Source of the DNA: Christensenellaceae bacterium
Lineage (GTDB): Bacteria > Bacillota > Clostridia > Christensenellales > CAG-138
Length of the DNA stretch: 64,000 nucleotides
Assembly: GCA_963665375.2 (NCBI GenBank)
Contig: CAXXUL010000001.1
Coordinates: 733,001-797,000, forward strand
Direction: 5' to 3'
Part shown: positions 55,234 through 64,000 of the stretch, in pieces
Layout: the number at the start of each line of letters is the position of its first letter
How positions within the stretch are numbered: the stretch's first letter is position 1
Notes under the pieces: model-generated
What the model saw: the letters and a program-made list of their open reading frames with translations, nothing else
What the model was told of the DNA's origin: nothing
The model's database searches: none
Program-made: the position numbers and the translations under genes

Positions 55234-55728
55234 TCAGAACTTCACATACAATAACTTTGTAAGCAAGAAATAGAAGCCAACCGGTATAATCGTGCACACA
55301 AGAATAATCACCTTAATATTTGTATACCCATATAGCCAGCATAATGCTAACAGACAAATAATAGATGTCGGAATAAAGCCAATGATAGGTAACAACACAG
55401 CAAATGCGATTGTAATCAAAATATAGCCGATAGAGATCAGCGTCGTCTCCTTGAATTCTTCTTTGGAAGGTATTATTAGCTCAGGCACAAGTCCCTTTTT
55501 TAAACAGATTACTTGTTGAATAATTATAGCGACAGCACACCCGATGATCAAAATAGCATATGCTGAGGGCATAACACGACCATTCTGAACGATCTCCAAT
55601 GAGACCATTAGTGGATTATGCATAACCCGAATTGTATTAGGAATGATAACCATCAGGATTATGAATCCAAGGACCAGAAAGAACATTCCAATGTATAATT
55701 CTGAGCCTAATTTCTTAATTAGCTTCAT
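55234..55728 (-). CDS. tctB: tripartite tricarboxylate transporter TctB small membrane subunit
   Basis: About 164 aa with 4 TM segments, between tctA and tctC. It overlaps the tctA stop. Confidence 0.7.
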   Translation of the reverse strand: MKLIKKLGSELYIGMFFLVLGFIILMVIIPNTIRVMHNPLMVSLEIVQNGRVMPSAYAILIIGCAVAIIIQQVICLKKGLVPELIIPSKEEFKETTLISIGYILITIAFAVLLPIIGFIPTSIICLLALCWLYGYTNIKVIILVCTIIPVGFYFLLTKLLYVKF

Positions 55729-57259
55729 TTGTTGTCTCCTCACTTATCTTGCGGCTCCTAATGCCATTCACAATTATCCAAGCCAGCAGTCCTACTATCA
55801 AAACGCTAATGACGATACAAGCGGGACTTGAAAAAAAGATTGCGATGCTTCCTTGAGATACCGAGAGAGACTGGCGAAGGTACTGTTCGAGATTTTTCGC
55901 CAATATGAATCCGATTGCTACAGGTGCTAGTGGAATGTCCATCTTCTTCATAATGAATCCGAACGCGCCCATAAATATAAACAACCCAACATCAAGAATT
56001 CTACTATTTATTGCATAAATTCCCGCCATACAAATGATTGTTACAATTGGATAGACAATATTAAGTTTGCTGCGCAGCACTAATGCAATGGGTTTTGTTA
56101 TTAAAAAACCTATGATTATATTTAAAAAATTCGCTACTAGAAATCCCGCAAAAATCATATATATAACGGATGCTTGCGTGTTTACGATACTTGGGCCGGG
56201 AGTAATCCCATGAATCATGAACGAAGAAAGTAAAAGAGCTGCAGCAGCGTCACCAGGTATTCCTAATGTTAGTAAAGGTATCAAGTTTGCTCCCGATACC
56301 GCACTGTTTGCCGATTCGCAAGCAACCACGCCTGGAACAGCACCTTCACCAAACTTTACTCCACGTTTTGTTTTCCCTTTATAGAGAATCTTCGAAATAG
56401 CATAACCTGTAAAAGCCGCAGCAGAAGACCCTAATCCCGGCAGCATACCAAACAACGTACCGATAAATGTGCCACTAAAGAACGCTTTTGCAGATTCTTT
56501 ATAATCCTCACGGTCTAAATGCTTACCTAAAATCTGAAGTGGAGTTAGTTTTTCTTTGCTTTTTGCTTTTGTACGCAATTCTGAAACTGAAAAAACGATT
56601 TGTGAAAGAGCCAGTAAGCCAACCAGAACTGCTGTTGAATCGAGAGATTCAAGTGAGCCCAAAGTTTTAATCACGCCAAGACGTGGAAGGCCCGTATACA
56701 TATCCAACCCAACAGTGCCGATTAAAAGGCCAAGCCCAATTGAAATCAGTCCTTTCCAAACAGATTTTCCTACAAGAACCCCCGCCAATAATAAAGCGAA
56801 AAGTAAAATGAGGAATTTTTCTGGCGAACCAAGACTCAGTGCTGCTCGAGCAAGCAGAACAACACCAAATACTAAAATAATATCCGAAAGCAAGTCTCCA
56901 AGGCCCGAACTCAAGATAGAAGCTTCCAATGCTTTTCGGCTTTGTCCTTTTCTTGCTAGTGGGAATCCATCAAATGCAGTAGCTGCCGCCGAAGCAGTCC
57001 CCGGTACGTTAAGCAAAATTGATGAATATGAGCCGCCCATTGTTGCGCCCTTAAAGATCGCAACCAAAAGAAGTATTGAGTTTGCAGCCCCCATTGTATA
57101 TGTTAAGGGAAGCATAATACCCATAACCATGATAGAGCCTAGACCAGGAATTGCGCCTGCCACAATACCCAGCAAGATACCTCCCATCATTAGAAGCATC
57201 GTCTGTACATTAAAGATTGCAGCAAATCCATTCCCTAAATTCTGAAAAATATTATCCAA
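55715..57259 (-). CDS. tctA: tripartite tricarboxylate transporter TctA large permease
   Basis: 514 aa, polytopic, with a TctA-like N-terminus (GILLGIVAGAIPGLGSIMVMGIMLPLTY). It has a TTG start with a GAGGGA RBS. Confidence 0.8.
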   Translation of the reverse strand: MDNIFQNLGNGFAAIFNVQTMLLMMGGILLGIVAGAIPGLGSIMVMGIMLPLTYTMGAANSILLLVAIFKGATMGGSYSSILLNVPGTASAAATAFDGFPLARKGQSRKALEASILSSGLGDLLSDIILVFGVVLLARAALSLGSPEKFLILLFALLLAGVLVGKSVWKGLISIGLGLLIGTVGLDMYTGLPRLGVIKTLGSLESLDSTAVLVGLLALSQIVFSVSELRTKAKSKEKLTPLQILGKHLDREDYKESAKAFFSGTFIGTLFGMLPGLGSSAAAFTGYAISKILYKGKTKRGVKFGEGAVPGVVACESANSAVSGANLIPLLTLGIPGDAAAALLLSSFMIHGITPGPSIVNTQASVIYMIFAGFLVANFLNIIIGFLITKPIALVLRSKLNIVYPIVTIICMAGIYAINSRILDVGLFIFMGAFGFIMKKMDIPLAPVAIGFILAKNLEQYLRQSLSVSQGSIAIFFSSPACIVISVLIVGLLAWIIVNGIRSRKISEETTNEAN

Positions 57260-57333
57260 CTTTTTTCCCTCACTTCAATATAATGAGCCCAATGAATAAA
57301 GTGATTTTCAGCAACTAAAAGCCATAAAATATA

Positions 57334-58506
57334 CTAGTTTGTTTCTTTCTGAGTTTTGTATTTGTTAATTTTCGTCATATCGACTTCAATGCCAAGTCCC
57401 GGCCCGTCAGGAACAATAAGACAGCCGTCATCATAAGTAAATGGTTTGGTAATAATATCATCAACGTACCAATGTCCTGCAACCTTAGTTTGCTCCATAC
57501 CCTCAATATGAGTTACAGGAAATACAGATGCAAGATTAATACTTCTATTGCAGCAAGCAAGATGTAGATTGGCTGCGTTACCGACGCCAAATTCTCCTGA
57601 GCCATTCACGTTGCAACGTATCCCTGCGTTTTCGGCTATTTTCGCAATCGTGTGCGCGGGATACAGGCCGCCGGGCTTTGTCGTGTATATTGAAATATAA
57701 TCAGCAGCCTTATTAGCGACAATGTCCAAAGCATCAGCTATCGTCCAGCAGCTTTCATCTGCGCAAACTGGACAATCCAATCCGTGTGTCACCTGTTGCA
57801 TTTGATACAAACCCTCGACTGGCTGTTCCAAGTATTGAAGATTATAATTGTTCATCAAATTCCCCCACTTAATTGCTTCCTTAGCAGAGGGGTAACCTTG
57901 GTTTGCATCTACTAGGATATTAATCCCCGGGCCTAACTCTTTTCGGAGCTTTTTCATCAAATCTAAATCGCGATTATAATCCAATCCTCCTTTCATCTTG
58001 ATAGTTTTGATTCCTTCATTAACTGCCTGTACCGCTTCTTCAACCGCAGCATCAACACTCATAATTACGCCCAAGCTATGTGCAATAGGAATCGCTTTTC
58101 TGTATTGCCCTCCAAGTAATTTATAAACTGGCATATCAAAAGCTTTACCCATGATATCGTATAATGCTTCATCGATTGCCGTTTTGGCATAGTAATAACC
58201 ACGTATTCCCAAATCCATTTTTCGGTGGATGCAATCAATATCAAATGGATCCATGCCTTCTATAATAGGAAATAGGTTTTTTTCAATTACTAATTTGTCA
58301 ATAGCGGCGGATTCACCATAGTATCTACCATGATCCCCGCCCCATTCAGGCATTGCAGTCGCTTCACCAAATCCATCAATCCCGCAATCCGTTGTAATTT
58401 TAAGTATTGCGTAGCCTTGCCCGACATCAGCTGTGCTGCTTGCCCATGTATGTTTTCGTCTCGTTGGTATGCTAATTTCATAAATTTCATAACCGGTTAT
58501 TCTCAT
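57334..58506 (-). CDS. enolase-superfamily enzyme (MLE-subgroup-like racemase/epimerase/dehydratase)
   Basis: It has a KxK motif (TIKMKGG) and the metal ligands ILVDANQGY, YLEQP and CADES. Specificity unknown. Confidence 0.8.
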   Translation of the reverse strand: MRITGYEIYEISIPTRRKHTWASSTADVGQGYAILKITTDCGIDGFGEATAMPEWGGDHGRYYGESAAIDKLVIEKNLFPIIEGMDPFDIDCIHRKMDLGIRGYYYAKTAIDEALYDIMGKAFDMPVYKLLGGQYRKAIPIAHSLGVIMSVDAAVEEAVQAVNEGIKTIKMKGGLDYNRDLDLMKKLRKELGPGINILVDANQGYPSAKEAIKWGNLMNNYNLQYLEQPVEGLYQMQQVTHGLDCPVCADESCWTIADALDIVANKAADYISIYTTKPGGLYPAHTIAKIAENAGIRCNVNGSGEFGVGNAANLHLACCNRSINLASVFPVTHIEGMEQTKVAGHWYVDDIITKPFTYDDGCLIVPDGPGLGIEVDMTKINKYKTQKETN

Positions 58507-59003
58507 TTGTCGCTACCATCCATTATTCTCTTTTTATAATCCATGATTAGCTCATTCCCCATTAGAAAATGAAAATCCGTCTAACGCTACTGGCTAATAT
58601 ATTTAATAATCGCGTTGATCGTCATGCTATTTGCCCCATTTTCTCGCGTGTCAATCCTTCTTTTCGGTAGTCACGCTGCGCAAGCACCGATACAATATCT
58701 TTAACTTTTCCATGATATAAGATTTCACACCTGCCGGTCTCCCCGATTCAGAAATAGGGACAAGTCGGTTACAGTTGTTTTCATGCATGTACCGATGGTG
58801 CAGGGCTTTCGGTGCTTTTATAACCTATGTACTTTGCTTTCTTGGCAAGAGATGAAAGAACTATTGAAACACGTGCCTTTGGGGGTTGTATTATCAACAT
58901 CATGCATGCACTGACAAATGTTATTAACGTTTATCCCAAATTCACTCGCAATCCATTCCTTTTCCATGACTACTGCTGTGCATATAGCTTCATTTCTGCG
59001 CTA

Positions 59004-60128
59004 CTAATCTGCCTTAATAACCGTGAGCCTGTTATATGGGTGCTTTGTACCAGTGATCATCTTATGTCCATCTGCAGTTATCAATACTTCGTTTTCAAGT
59101 TGATACCCACATACACCATCAATTACATGAATCGGTTCAATACATAAAACCATATTCTTCTTCAATATTGTGCTCTTGTACATATTAATATATGGTTCCT
59201 CATGTAACGTAATACCTAATCCATGGCCTAGAAAAGCAATTGGCTTAAATCCCCATTCAGTAAATTGTTCGATAAAACTATCGTAAATATACTTAGTATC
59301 AACCCCAGGTTTCATTAGAGAAATTGCGTCATCGTGAGCTTTTACAATTTTATCCCATATGTTTACATGATGTGGCTCCGGGTCACCTACGATTGCTGTT
59401 CGGCAACAGTCACAATAATAATTGTTCTTCGTCCCAATCATATCTACACGCACTACATCGCCCTTTTTCAAAATGCGATCAGTTGGCGCACCATTAAGTA
59501 GACAGCTACGCTCTCCTGAGGCTACGACCGGCATTGTCAGTTTATCCCCACCAATAGCATTAAATCCGGTTTGCAAGAAACTATACAAATCCTTTTCAGT
59601 CATGCCAGCTTTTGCGGATTTAAACGCATTGTTTATTATATCTTCGATCTGCGAACCAAAGTCCGAAATGTAGTCGATCTCAGTGTCCAACTTAATCGTT
59701 CTGATTTCCTCGTAAATAGAATCTGAATCAATAATTCCCGCATGCGGTAGTTCACGTCGAAGGATATCCATATCTTTCGCGGGCAAGTATGATGCCTCGA
59801 ACCCGATTCTGCCTTTATCAACCTTAAATTCCTTTAATTTCTCAACCGCTAATAAAATCGGGCTCTGTGTAAATTCGTTATAGCTAAAGATCTTGTTTTG
59901 AGGTATCCAGCTTTGTGCACGCATTATCGGTTCTTCAATGTTGACAACAATTACAATAGGATCATTTAGCTTCGTAATAATATGAATTACTTGTCTTTGT
60001 CTTACTGTCAGTTGGCTTGGAATACTTGTACCGGTAACGAAAATTATATTCTCCGGAGTCATTGTAACCAAAGCATCCAAAGAATGTTCTTCTAGCTTCC
60101 TTCTAAGCAATGAGTTAATCTCTTCCAT
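59004..60128 (-). CDS. M24 family metallopeptidase (Xaa-Pro dipeptidase/creatinase-like)
   Basis: It has a creatinase/prolidase N-domain plus a pita-bread domain with metal ligands (VRVDMIG..CDCCRT, FLGHGLGITLHE, LENEVLI). Confidence 0.8.
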   Translation of the reverse strand: MEEINSLLRRKLEEHSLDALVTMTPENIIFVTGTSIPSQLTVRQRQVIHIITKLNDPIVIVVNIEEPIMRAQSWIPQNKIFSYNEFTQSPILLAVEKLKEFKVDKGRIGFEASYLPAKDMDILRRELPHAGIIDSDSIYEEIRTIKLDTEIDYISDFGSQIEDIINNAFKSAKAGMTEKDLYSFLQTGFNAIGGDKLTMPVVASGERSCLLNGAPTDRILKKGDVVRVDMIGTKNNYYCDCCRTAIVGDPEPHHVNIWDKIVKAHDDAISLMKPGVDTKYIYDSFIEQFTEWGFKPIAFLGHGLGITLHEEPYINMYKSTILKKNMVLCIEPIHVIDGVCGYQLENEVLITADGHKMITGTKHPYNRLTVIKAD

Positions 60129-60229
60129 TTTTTTCTCCTATATGTAATATTTTGTCAGTTCGTCTATTATTTTTAACTATCCTCTCAAGTCAGAGAACAT
60201 ACTTGAGTTCAATTCTATCGAGTTGCTAA

Positions 60230-60240
60230 TGGTAGGACCA
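60230..60240. promoter_or_regulatory. GntR/FadR-type operator candidate TGGTAGGACCA
   Basis: Palindromic TGGT-N3-ACCA in the intergenic region upstream of the M24 peptidase gene. Confidence 0.5.
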
Positions 60241-60314
60241 GTTTGGTAATACAAAGTCATGTTTTGTATCAATCCGTGCATGTTTACATGGTATATTTAC
60301 TTGTGAATATTATT

Positions 60315-60325
60315 TGGTAGTACCA
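60315..60325. promoter_or_regulatory. GntR/FadR-type operator candidate TGGTAGTACCA
   Basis: Same 11-mer as at 62496, and the reverse complement of the 11-mer at 62591. Confidence 0.55.
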
Positions 60326-60355
60326 CGCGCCAGATAAAAATAGTTCCTTTGTTGC

Positions 60356-61042
60356 TCAAGTATTTTCAATACTTTGTCTGGTGCTAGCTAGATGCGCCGT
60401 ATATGCTAATTTGATTTCATTAACATCGCCCGAACCAAATGCATTTGCAATGCGGTTATGTTCTTGAAGAGATTTCTCAACACGCGACTCGTTCATAAAC
60501 AATGCGCGGCGCTCATCATATATTGTTCCGGTAAATACGGTACAAATATTTAGTATTATTTCGTTTCCTGAAGCTTTCCGAATAATATTGTGAAATTCGA
60601 GGTCATGTTCCATTAAGGCTTGGTTCCGCACTACAGAACCTCGCGCTTTTTCAATTGTTGCTTTCAATTGATTCCGTATCTCAGGATACATACTTTCCGG
60701 TATTAAATCAATTGCGCATAGATCCAAGGCTTCACGAACCGTTAAAATTTCGAAAATTTCTTTTTTGTGGATCATCAACCATACCGATGCATCTTTTTCC
60801 AGCATGCGAAAATCTGATTCCTGTAAATAAACCCCACTATTGGATCTTACCTCGATTACGCCCAAGGTTTGTAAGATCTTCAAAGCTTCCCTTAAAGCAT
60901 TACGGCTTATTCCTAATTCCTTTGCAAATTCGCGTTCTGCTGGAAATCGATCATCAACAGCAAATCCCTTCTTTGCTGCAAAATCAAGAATTTTCTGTAC
61001 ATTTTTGTTTTCGGAAAACATGTTCCCATTCATAGATTTCAT
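60356..61042 (-). CDS. GntR family transcriptional regulator (FadR/FCD subfamily)
   Basis: The N-terminal wHTH is ERELAKELGISRNALREALKILQTLGVIE... It has a helical FCD-like C-terminus. Confidence 0.85.
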   Translation of the reverse strand: MKSMNGNMFSENKNVQKILDFAAKKGFAVDDRFPAEREFAKELGISRNALREALKILQTLGVIEVRSNSGVYLQESDFRMLEKDASVWLMIHKKEIFEILTVREALDLCAIDLIPESMYPEIRNQLKATIEKARGSVVRNQALMEHDLEFHNIIRKASGNEIILNICTVFTGTIYDERRALFMNESRVEKSLQEHNRIANAFGSGDVNEIKLAYTAHLASTRQSIENT

Positions 61043-61108
61043 TCTAATGCACTTCGCTTCTAGCTTTATTATCGGCCGATTTGCCTTCTATCAATAAGCA
61101 TACTTATC

Positions 61109-61459
61109 TTAATCTATTACAGCCGTTACAACTACTTCTGTCAAGATACTTGCCCTGCCTAAATCAGCAATTATGCAAGCCCGGGTGGGTTCACAACCCT
61201 TAATAATCCATTTATCCCAAACTTCATTAAACACAGGTACATACTTTTCGTCTTTTAAGTATACATCGGCATGTAAAATATTCTCTTTTTTGGATCCATA
61301 TTGATTTAAAATATCTTCTATTTTCTTTAGTGTCGCCTCCGCTTGTATTTTTATAGTATCACCTGCATCCGTCGCCGTCTGGCCAGATAAATATAGTATG
61401 TCATTGAAAATAATCACATTATGATATCGTTCTTTTCTTTCAAACCGTTGTATTTTCAT
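61109..61459 (-). CDS. RidA/YjgF family protein
   Basis: 116 aa with the pattern ...LYLSGQTA...ADVYLKD...EPTRACIIADL...ILTEVVVTAV. Confidence 0.75.
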   Translation of the reverse strand: MKIQRFERKERYHNVIIFNDILYLSGQTATDAGDTIKIQAEATLKKIEDILNQYGSKKENILHADVYLKDEKYVPVFNEVWDKWIIKGCEPTRACIIADLGRASILTEVVVTAVID

Positions 61460-61473
61460 ATTTCCTCCAGATT

Positions 61474-62481
61474 TTATATTTGAAACGAAAACCCCATAGC
61501 CAGGGGATCATCTGGATCAACTACGAACTTGTGAAACCCCGAAATATGAGCGGTACCAGTCAGCGTAGGAACAGCGCCTTTAAACTCCCCTACTTTTATT
61601 GGTTTAATCATTTTCGCAGTAAATTTCCCTGCTGTTAAACTTTCTTGCGAAAACTCTTCGCCTAAACTTAATTCACCTTTCACATACTTAGTCACAGCTC
61701 TTGCACATGTTCCGGTTCCACAAGGAGATCGATCAACCCCTGGCAGAAATACATTTACGCTTCTTGCGTTGACATCATCGCGCTGAATTGGAGCGGAAAA
61801 CCAATGAATTTGCGATACCCCTTTGATTTCCGGTTTCTCAGGATGTTGAAACCCAATTTCCAGATTCACTTTTTCCTGAATCATTTTAGATAATTCTAAT
61901 ATTCGTGGTAAACTTTCAGGAACCAGCTTCACTGAAAACGCATCTGCTGGGATCAACGCAAAGCTACCTCCTCCATAAGCTACATCAACTGCTATTTCAC
62001 CAAATTCTGGGAAAGATAATGTTTCACTCTTATATAAAAAGCATGGTACATTTTCAAACGTGACCTCTTTTACAGAATTATTTTCTACTAGTGCACTTGC
62101 GGAAACAAGCCCTGCAGGCGTATCGATTTTAACTATAGTATATGGCTCACTTATCGGGACCATACCTGTTTCAATCAACATAGTAATTACGCCTACTGTA
62201 CTGTGTCCGCACATTGGAAAATAACCACCAGAATCTATGAAAATTACGCCTGCATCAGCATCTTTGTTGCACGGCTCAGTTATTACAGTACCCGACATAA
62301 CGTCTCCGCCTCGCGGCTCCAACATGGTCATTGTCCTGATCCAGTCATAGTGTTTCTGGAAATACGACTGTTTCATTGCCATGGTAGTTCCCGATAACTT
62401 TGGGACTCCTGCAATAAGATTTCTTGTTGGTTCGCCAAATGTATGTGTGTCAATTGCCTCTATCATTTTTGAAAATAACAT
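61474..62481 (-). CDS. proline racemase superfamily enzyme (Cys/Cys type: proline racemase or 4-hydroxyproline 2-epimerase)
   Basis: IEAIDTHTFGEPTR is present. The catalytic motifs are FPMCGHSTVG and DRSPCGTGTCA, so both catalytic positions are Cys. Confidence 0.85.
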   Translation of the reverse strand: MLFSKMIEAIDTHTFGEPTRNLIAGVPKLSGTTMAMKQSYFQKHYDWIRTMTMLEPRGGDVMSGTVITEPCNKDADAGVIFIDSGGYFPMCGHSTVGVITMLIETGMVPISEPYTIVKIDTPAGLVSASALVENNSVKEVTFENVPCFLYKSETLSFPEFGEIAVDVAYGGGSFALIPADAFSVKLVPESLPRILELSKMIQEKVNLEIGFQHPEKPEIKGVSQIHWFSAPIQRDDVNARSVNVFLPGVDRSPCGTGTCARAVTKYVKGELSLGEEFSQESLTAGKFTAKMIKPIKVGEFKGAVPTLTGTAHISGFHKFVVDPDDPLAMGFSFQI

Positions 62482-62495
62482 TGATTACCCCTTTT

Positions 62496-62506
62496 TGGTA
62501 GTACCA
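62496..62506. promoter_or_regulatory. GntR/FadR-type operator candidate TGGTAGTACCA
   Basis: It lies 15 nt upstream of the proline-racemase-family ATG. Confidence 0.55.
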
Positions 62507-62590
62507 TACTCTCCAAATGATATGCGATATGAGATGTTTTACTGGATTACGTATGCCTTTTTATGAGATTCTATATATTCTTAGTTGATT

Positions 62591-62601
62591 TGGTACTACC
62601 A
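62591..62601. promoter_or_regulatory. GntR/FadR-type operator candidate TGGTACTACCA
   Basis: Second site, about 95 bp upstream of the first, in the same 5' region. Confidence 0.55.
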
Positions 62602-63032
62602 CTTGGCGATATTATAATACATTCAAATATTTATTGCAAGATCCAATATTTACATTTTTTATTACTTCTCATCTTAGATCATCTCGATACGTACATCTGA
62701 TATGTTCATATTGCGTTTTTTGCGTAATTTGACTTGCTTCCCATTCCTTGAGTCTGATCAATATCGCAGCTGTAATATGCATAGAAACTCCCTTTTGTAA
62801 TAATACAGTTCTCTCACAATTCATTCTATTTTCAGCACAATTATAGTTTTATCAGAATCACAAATAAGTTTTTCGGCTGCAACGAGCATCGCAATGTGTG
62901 AATACTTCACAATCACGTGCCCTGTCTTTGATCCATGATTTAACACGCATTTTGTATCCTCTTTAACAGCATGTCGGATGATGATGATTATATCTTAAGA
63001 GTGGATAAATAGAGAAAAGGAATTCATCCTCT

Positions 63033-63413
63033 ATGAAGAAAGAAACCATTCACCTTTCAGCTAGTGATTCACTCGCGCCAGTTTCCCCCGCCATAAAAGC
63101 CGCAGGACTGGTGTTCTGTTCCGGTCAATGTGGCTATAACGCTCAGACAGTTTGTTTTTATGTCGACGGCATTGAGATACAAACCCGCGGCGCATTGGAT
63201 CATTTGCAGGAAGTGCTTTCTGCAGCAGGCAGAAGTTTTGAACAGGTACTAAAAGTCAATATCTACATGACGGATGTCGCAGACTTCGCTGTTGTCAATG
63301 AAATCTACAAAACTTACTTTCCAGGCGATAAACCCGCCAGAACCTGTCTGCAGATTGCAAAAATCCCTCTCTGAGCGCTGATCGAGATTGAGGCCATTGC
63401 CCTATACGAGTGA
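63033..63413 (+). pseudogene. RidA/YjgF family gene with an in-frame TGA at 63372-63374
   Basis: After ...CLQIAKIPL the TGA sits where RidA proteins usually have Gly/Asp. The frame then continues ALIEIEAIALYE to a TGA at 63411, which is the conserved RidA C-terminus. Confidence 0.6.
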
Positions 63414-63475
63414 TCTTTCAATATAAATCTGCAATCTGGCGCAATCAAAAACCGATCAGAACGGAGTGCTTGACG

Positions 63476-64000
63476 ATGAAAAAAATACAATTGAAAGATA
63501 CCGGGTTGTCACTTTCCAACATCTGCCTTGGAACAGCCAACTTTAAAGAACGGTTGGATCGGGATAGTGCCTTTCATCTATTGGACTATTATACTGATAT
63601 GGGCGGGAACTTTATCGACACTGCCAACATTTACGGGCGCTGGCTTCCCGATGCGGAAAACAGTTCCGAGCGGTTTATCGGCGAGTGGCTTCGTCGGCAC
63701 GGTAGGCGGGAGGATATCTGCCTTGCAACCAAAGGTGGACACCCGGATTTGCAAACAGGCGAGAACCGCGTCAACCAAGTCGACCTCGCAGAGGAACTGG
63801 ACAACAGTCTTTCCACTTTGGGTGTAGAATATGTAGACTTGTACTGGTTTCACCGTGATAATCCGCTTCTACCAATAGAGGAGGTTATCTCGATCGGGGA
63901 AGCCTTTGTTCGTCAGGGCAAGGTGCGATATTTCGGCGCCTCAAACTTCACGCTGCCCCGTATGCGGCAGGCGATTCAGTGGCAGGAAACGCATCCCAGT
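63476..64000 (+). CDS. aldo/keto reductase (N-terminal part; continues beyond the window)
   Basis: My own translation from the ATG at 63476 gives MKKIQLKDTGLSLSNICLGTANF...GGNFIDTANIYG...DLYWFHRDN...VRYFGASNF. It is not in the ORF track because there is no stop in the window. Confidence 0.8.
   Translation, partial: MKKIQLKDTGLSLSNICLGTANFKERLDRDSAFHLLDYYTDMGGNFIDTANIYGRWLPDAENSSERFIGEWLRRHGRREDICLATKGGHPDLQTGENRVNQVDLAEELDNSLSTLGVEYVDLYWFHRDNPLLPIEEVISIGEAFVRQGKVRYFGASNFTLPRMRQAIQWQETHPS

Noticed and set aside
58541-59003. Possible degraded gene in the 500-bp gap between the M24 peptidase and enolase-superfamily genes (minus-strand fragment MEKEWIASEFGINVNNICQC..., HTH-like).
   Set aside because: There are only short fragments broken by stops in all frames and no recognisable family. 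I cannot support a pseudogene call without a database search.

Overview
The window splits into two parts. Positions 1 to about 47.8 kb are GC-rich (high 50s % by eye) and look like Firmicutes/Clostridia chromosome. Markers include DarA/YaaQ, RicT/YaaT, HolB, a clostridial 2x[4Fe-4S] ferredoxin, potABCD, a probable Re-citrate synthase, a GH2 glycosidase, MATE/CDF/Na-Pi transporters and paralogous membrane-anchored beta-propeller proteins. This part holds two separate phage-derived units. One is an intact-looking 10-gene head/neck module at 33.5-42.0 kb: TerS, TerL, portal, scaffold, N4-gp56-type capsid and five unknowns. It has no integrase, replication, lysogeny or lysis genes. The other is an orphan three-gene lysis cassette at 3.4-5.0 kb. 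The two units share an exact 14-nt AT-rich element in their upstream regions. I flag this as a candidate domesticated particle system (GTA-like or capsid-forming-satellite-like); this is a hypothesis only. After a tRNA-Asn(GTT) at 47731-47806 the sequence becomes markedly AT-rich until about 63 kb, which looks like a tRNA-flanked genomic island. The island contains a 5'-truncated nuclease-like gene, an IS3-family (IS407-group) element with a triplicated terminal repeat, and a 3'-truncated fumC. It also contains an internally deleted IS5-like MITE-type remnant. Finally it carries a GntR-controlled cluster: proline-racemase family enzyme, RidA, M24 dipeptidase, enolase-superfamily enzyme, TctCBA transporter and ArgH-like lyase. 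Four TGGTA-N-TACCA operator-like palindromes lie in this cluster. No CRISPR arrays or rRNA genes were seen. All functional calls come from reading the translated sequences and motifs by eye; no database search was run.
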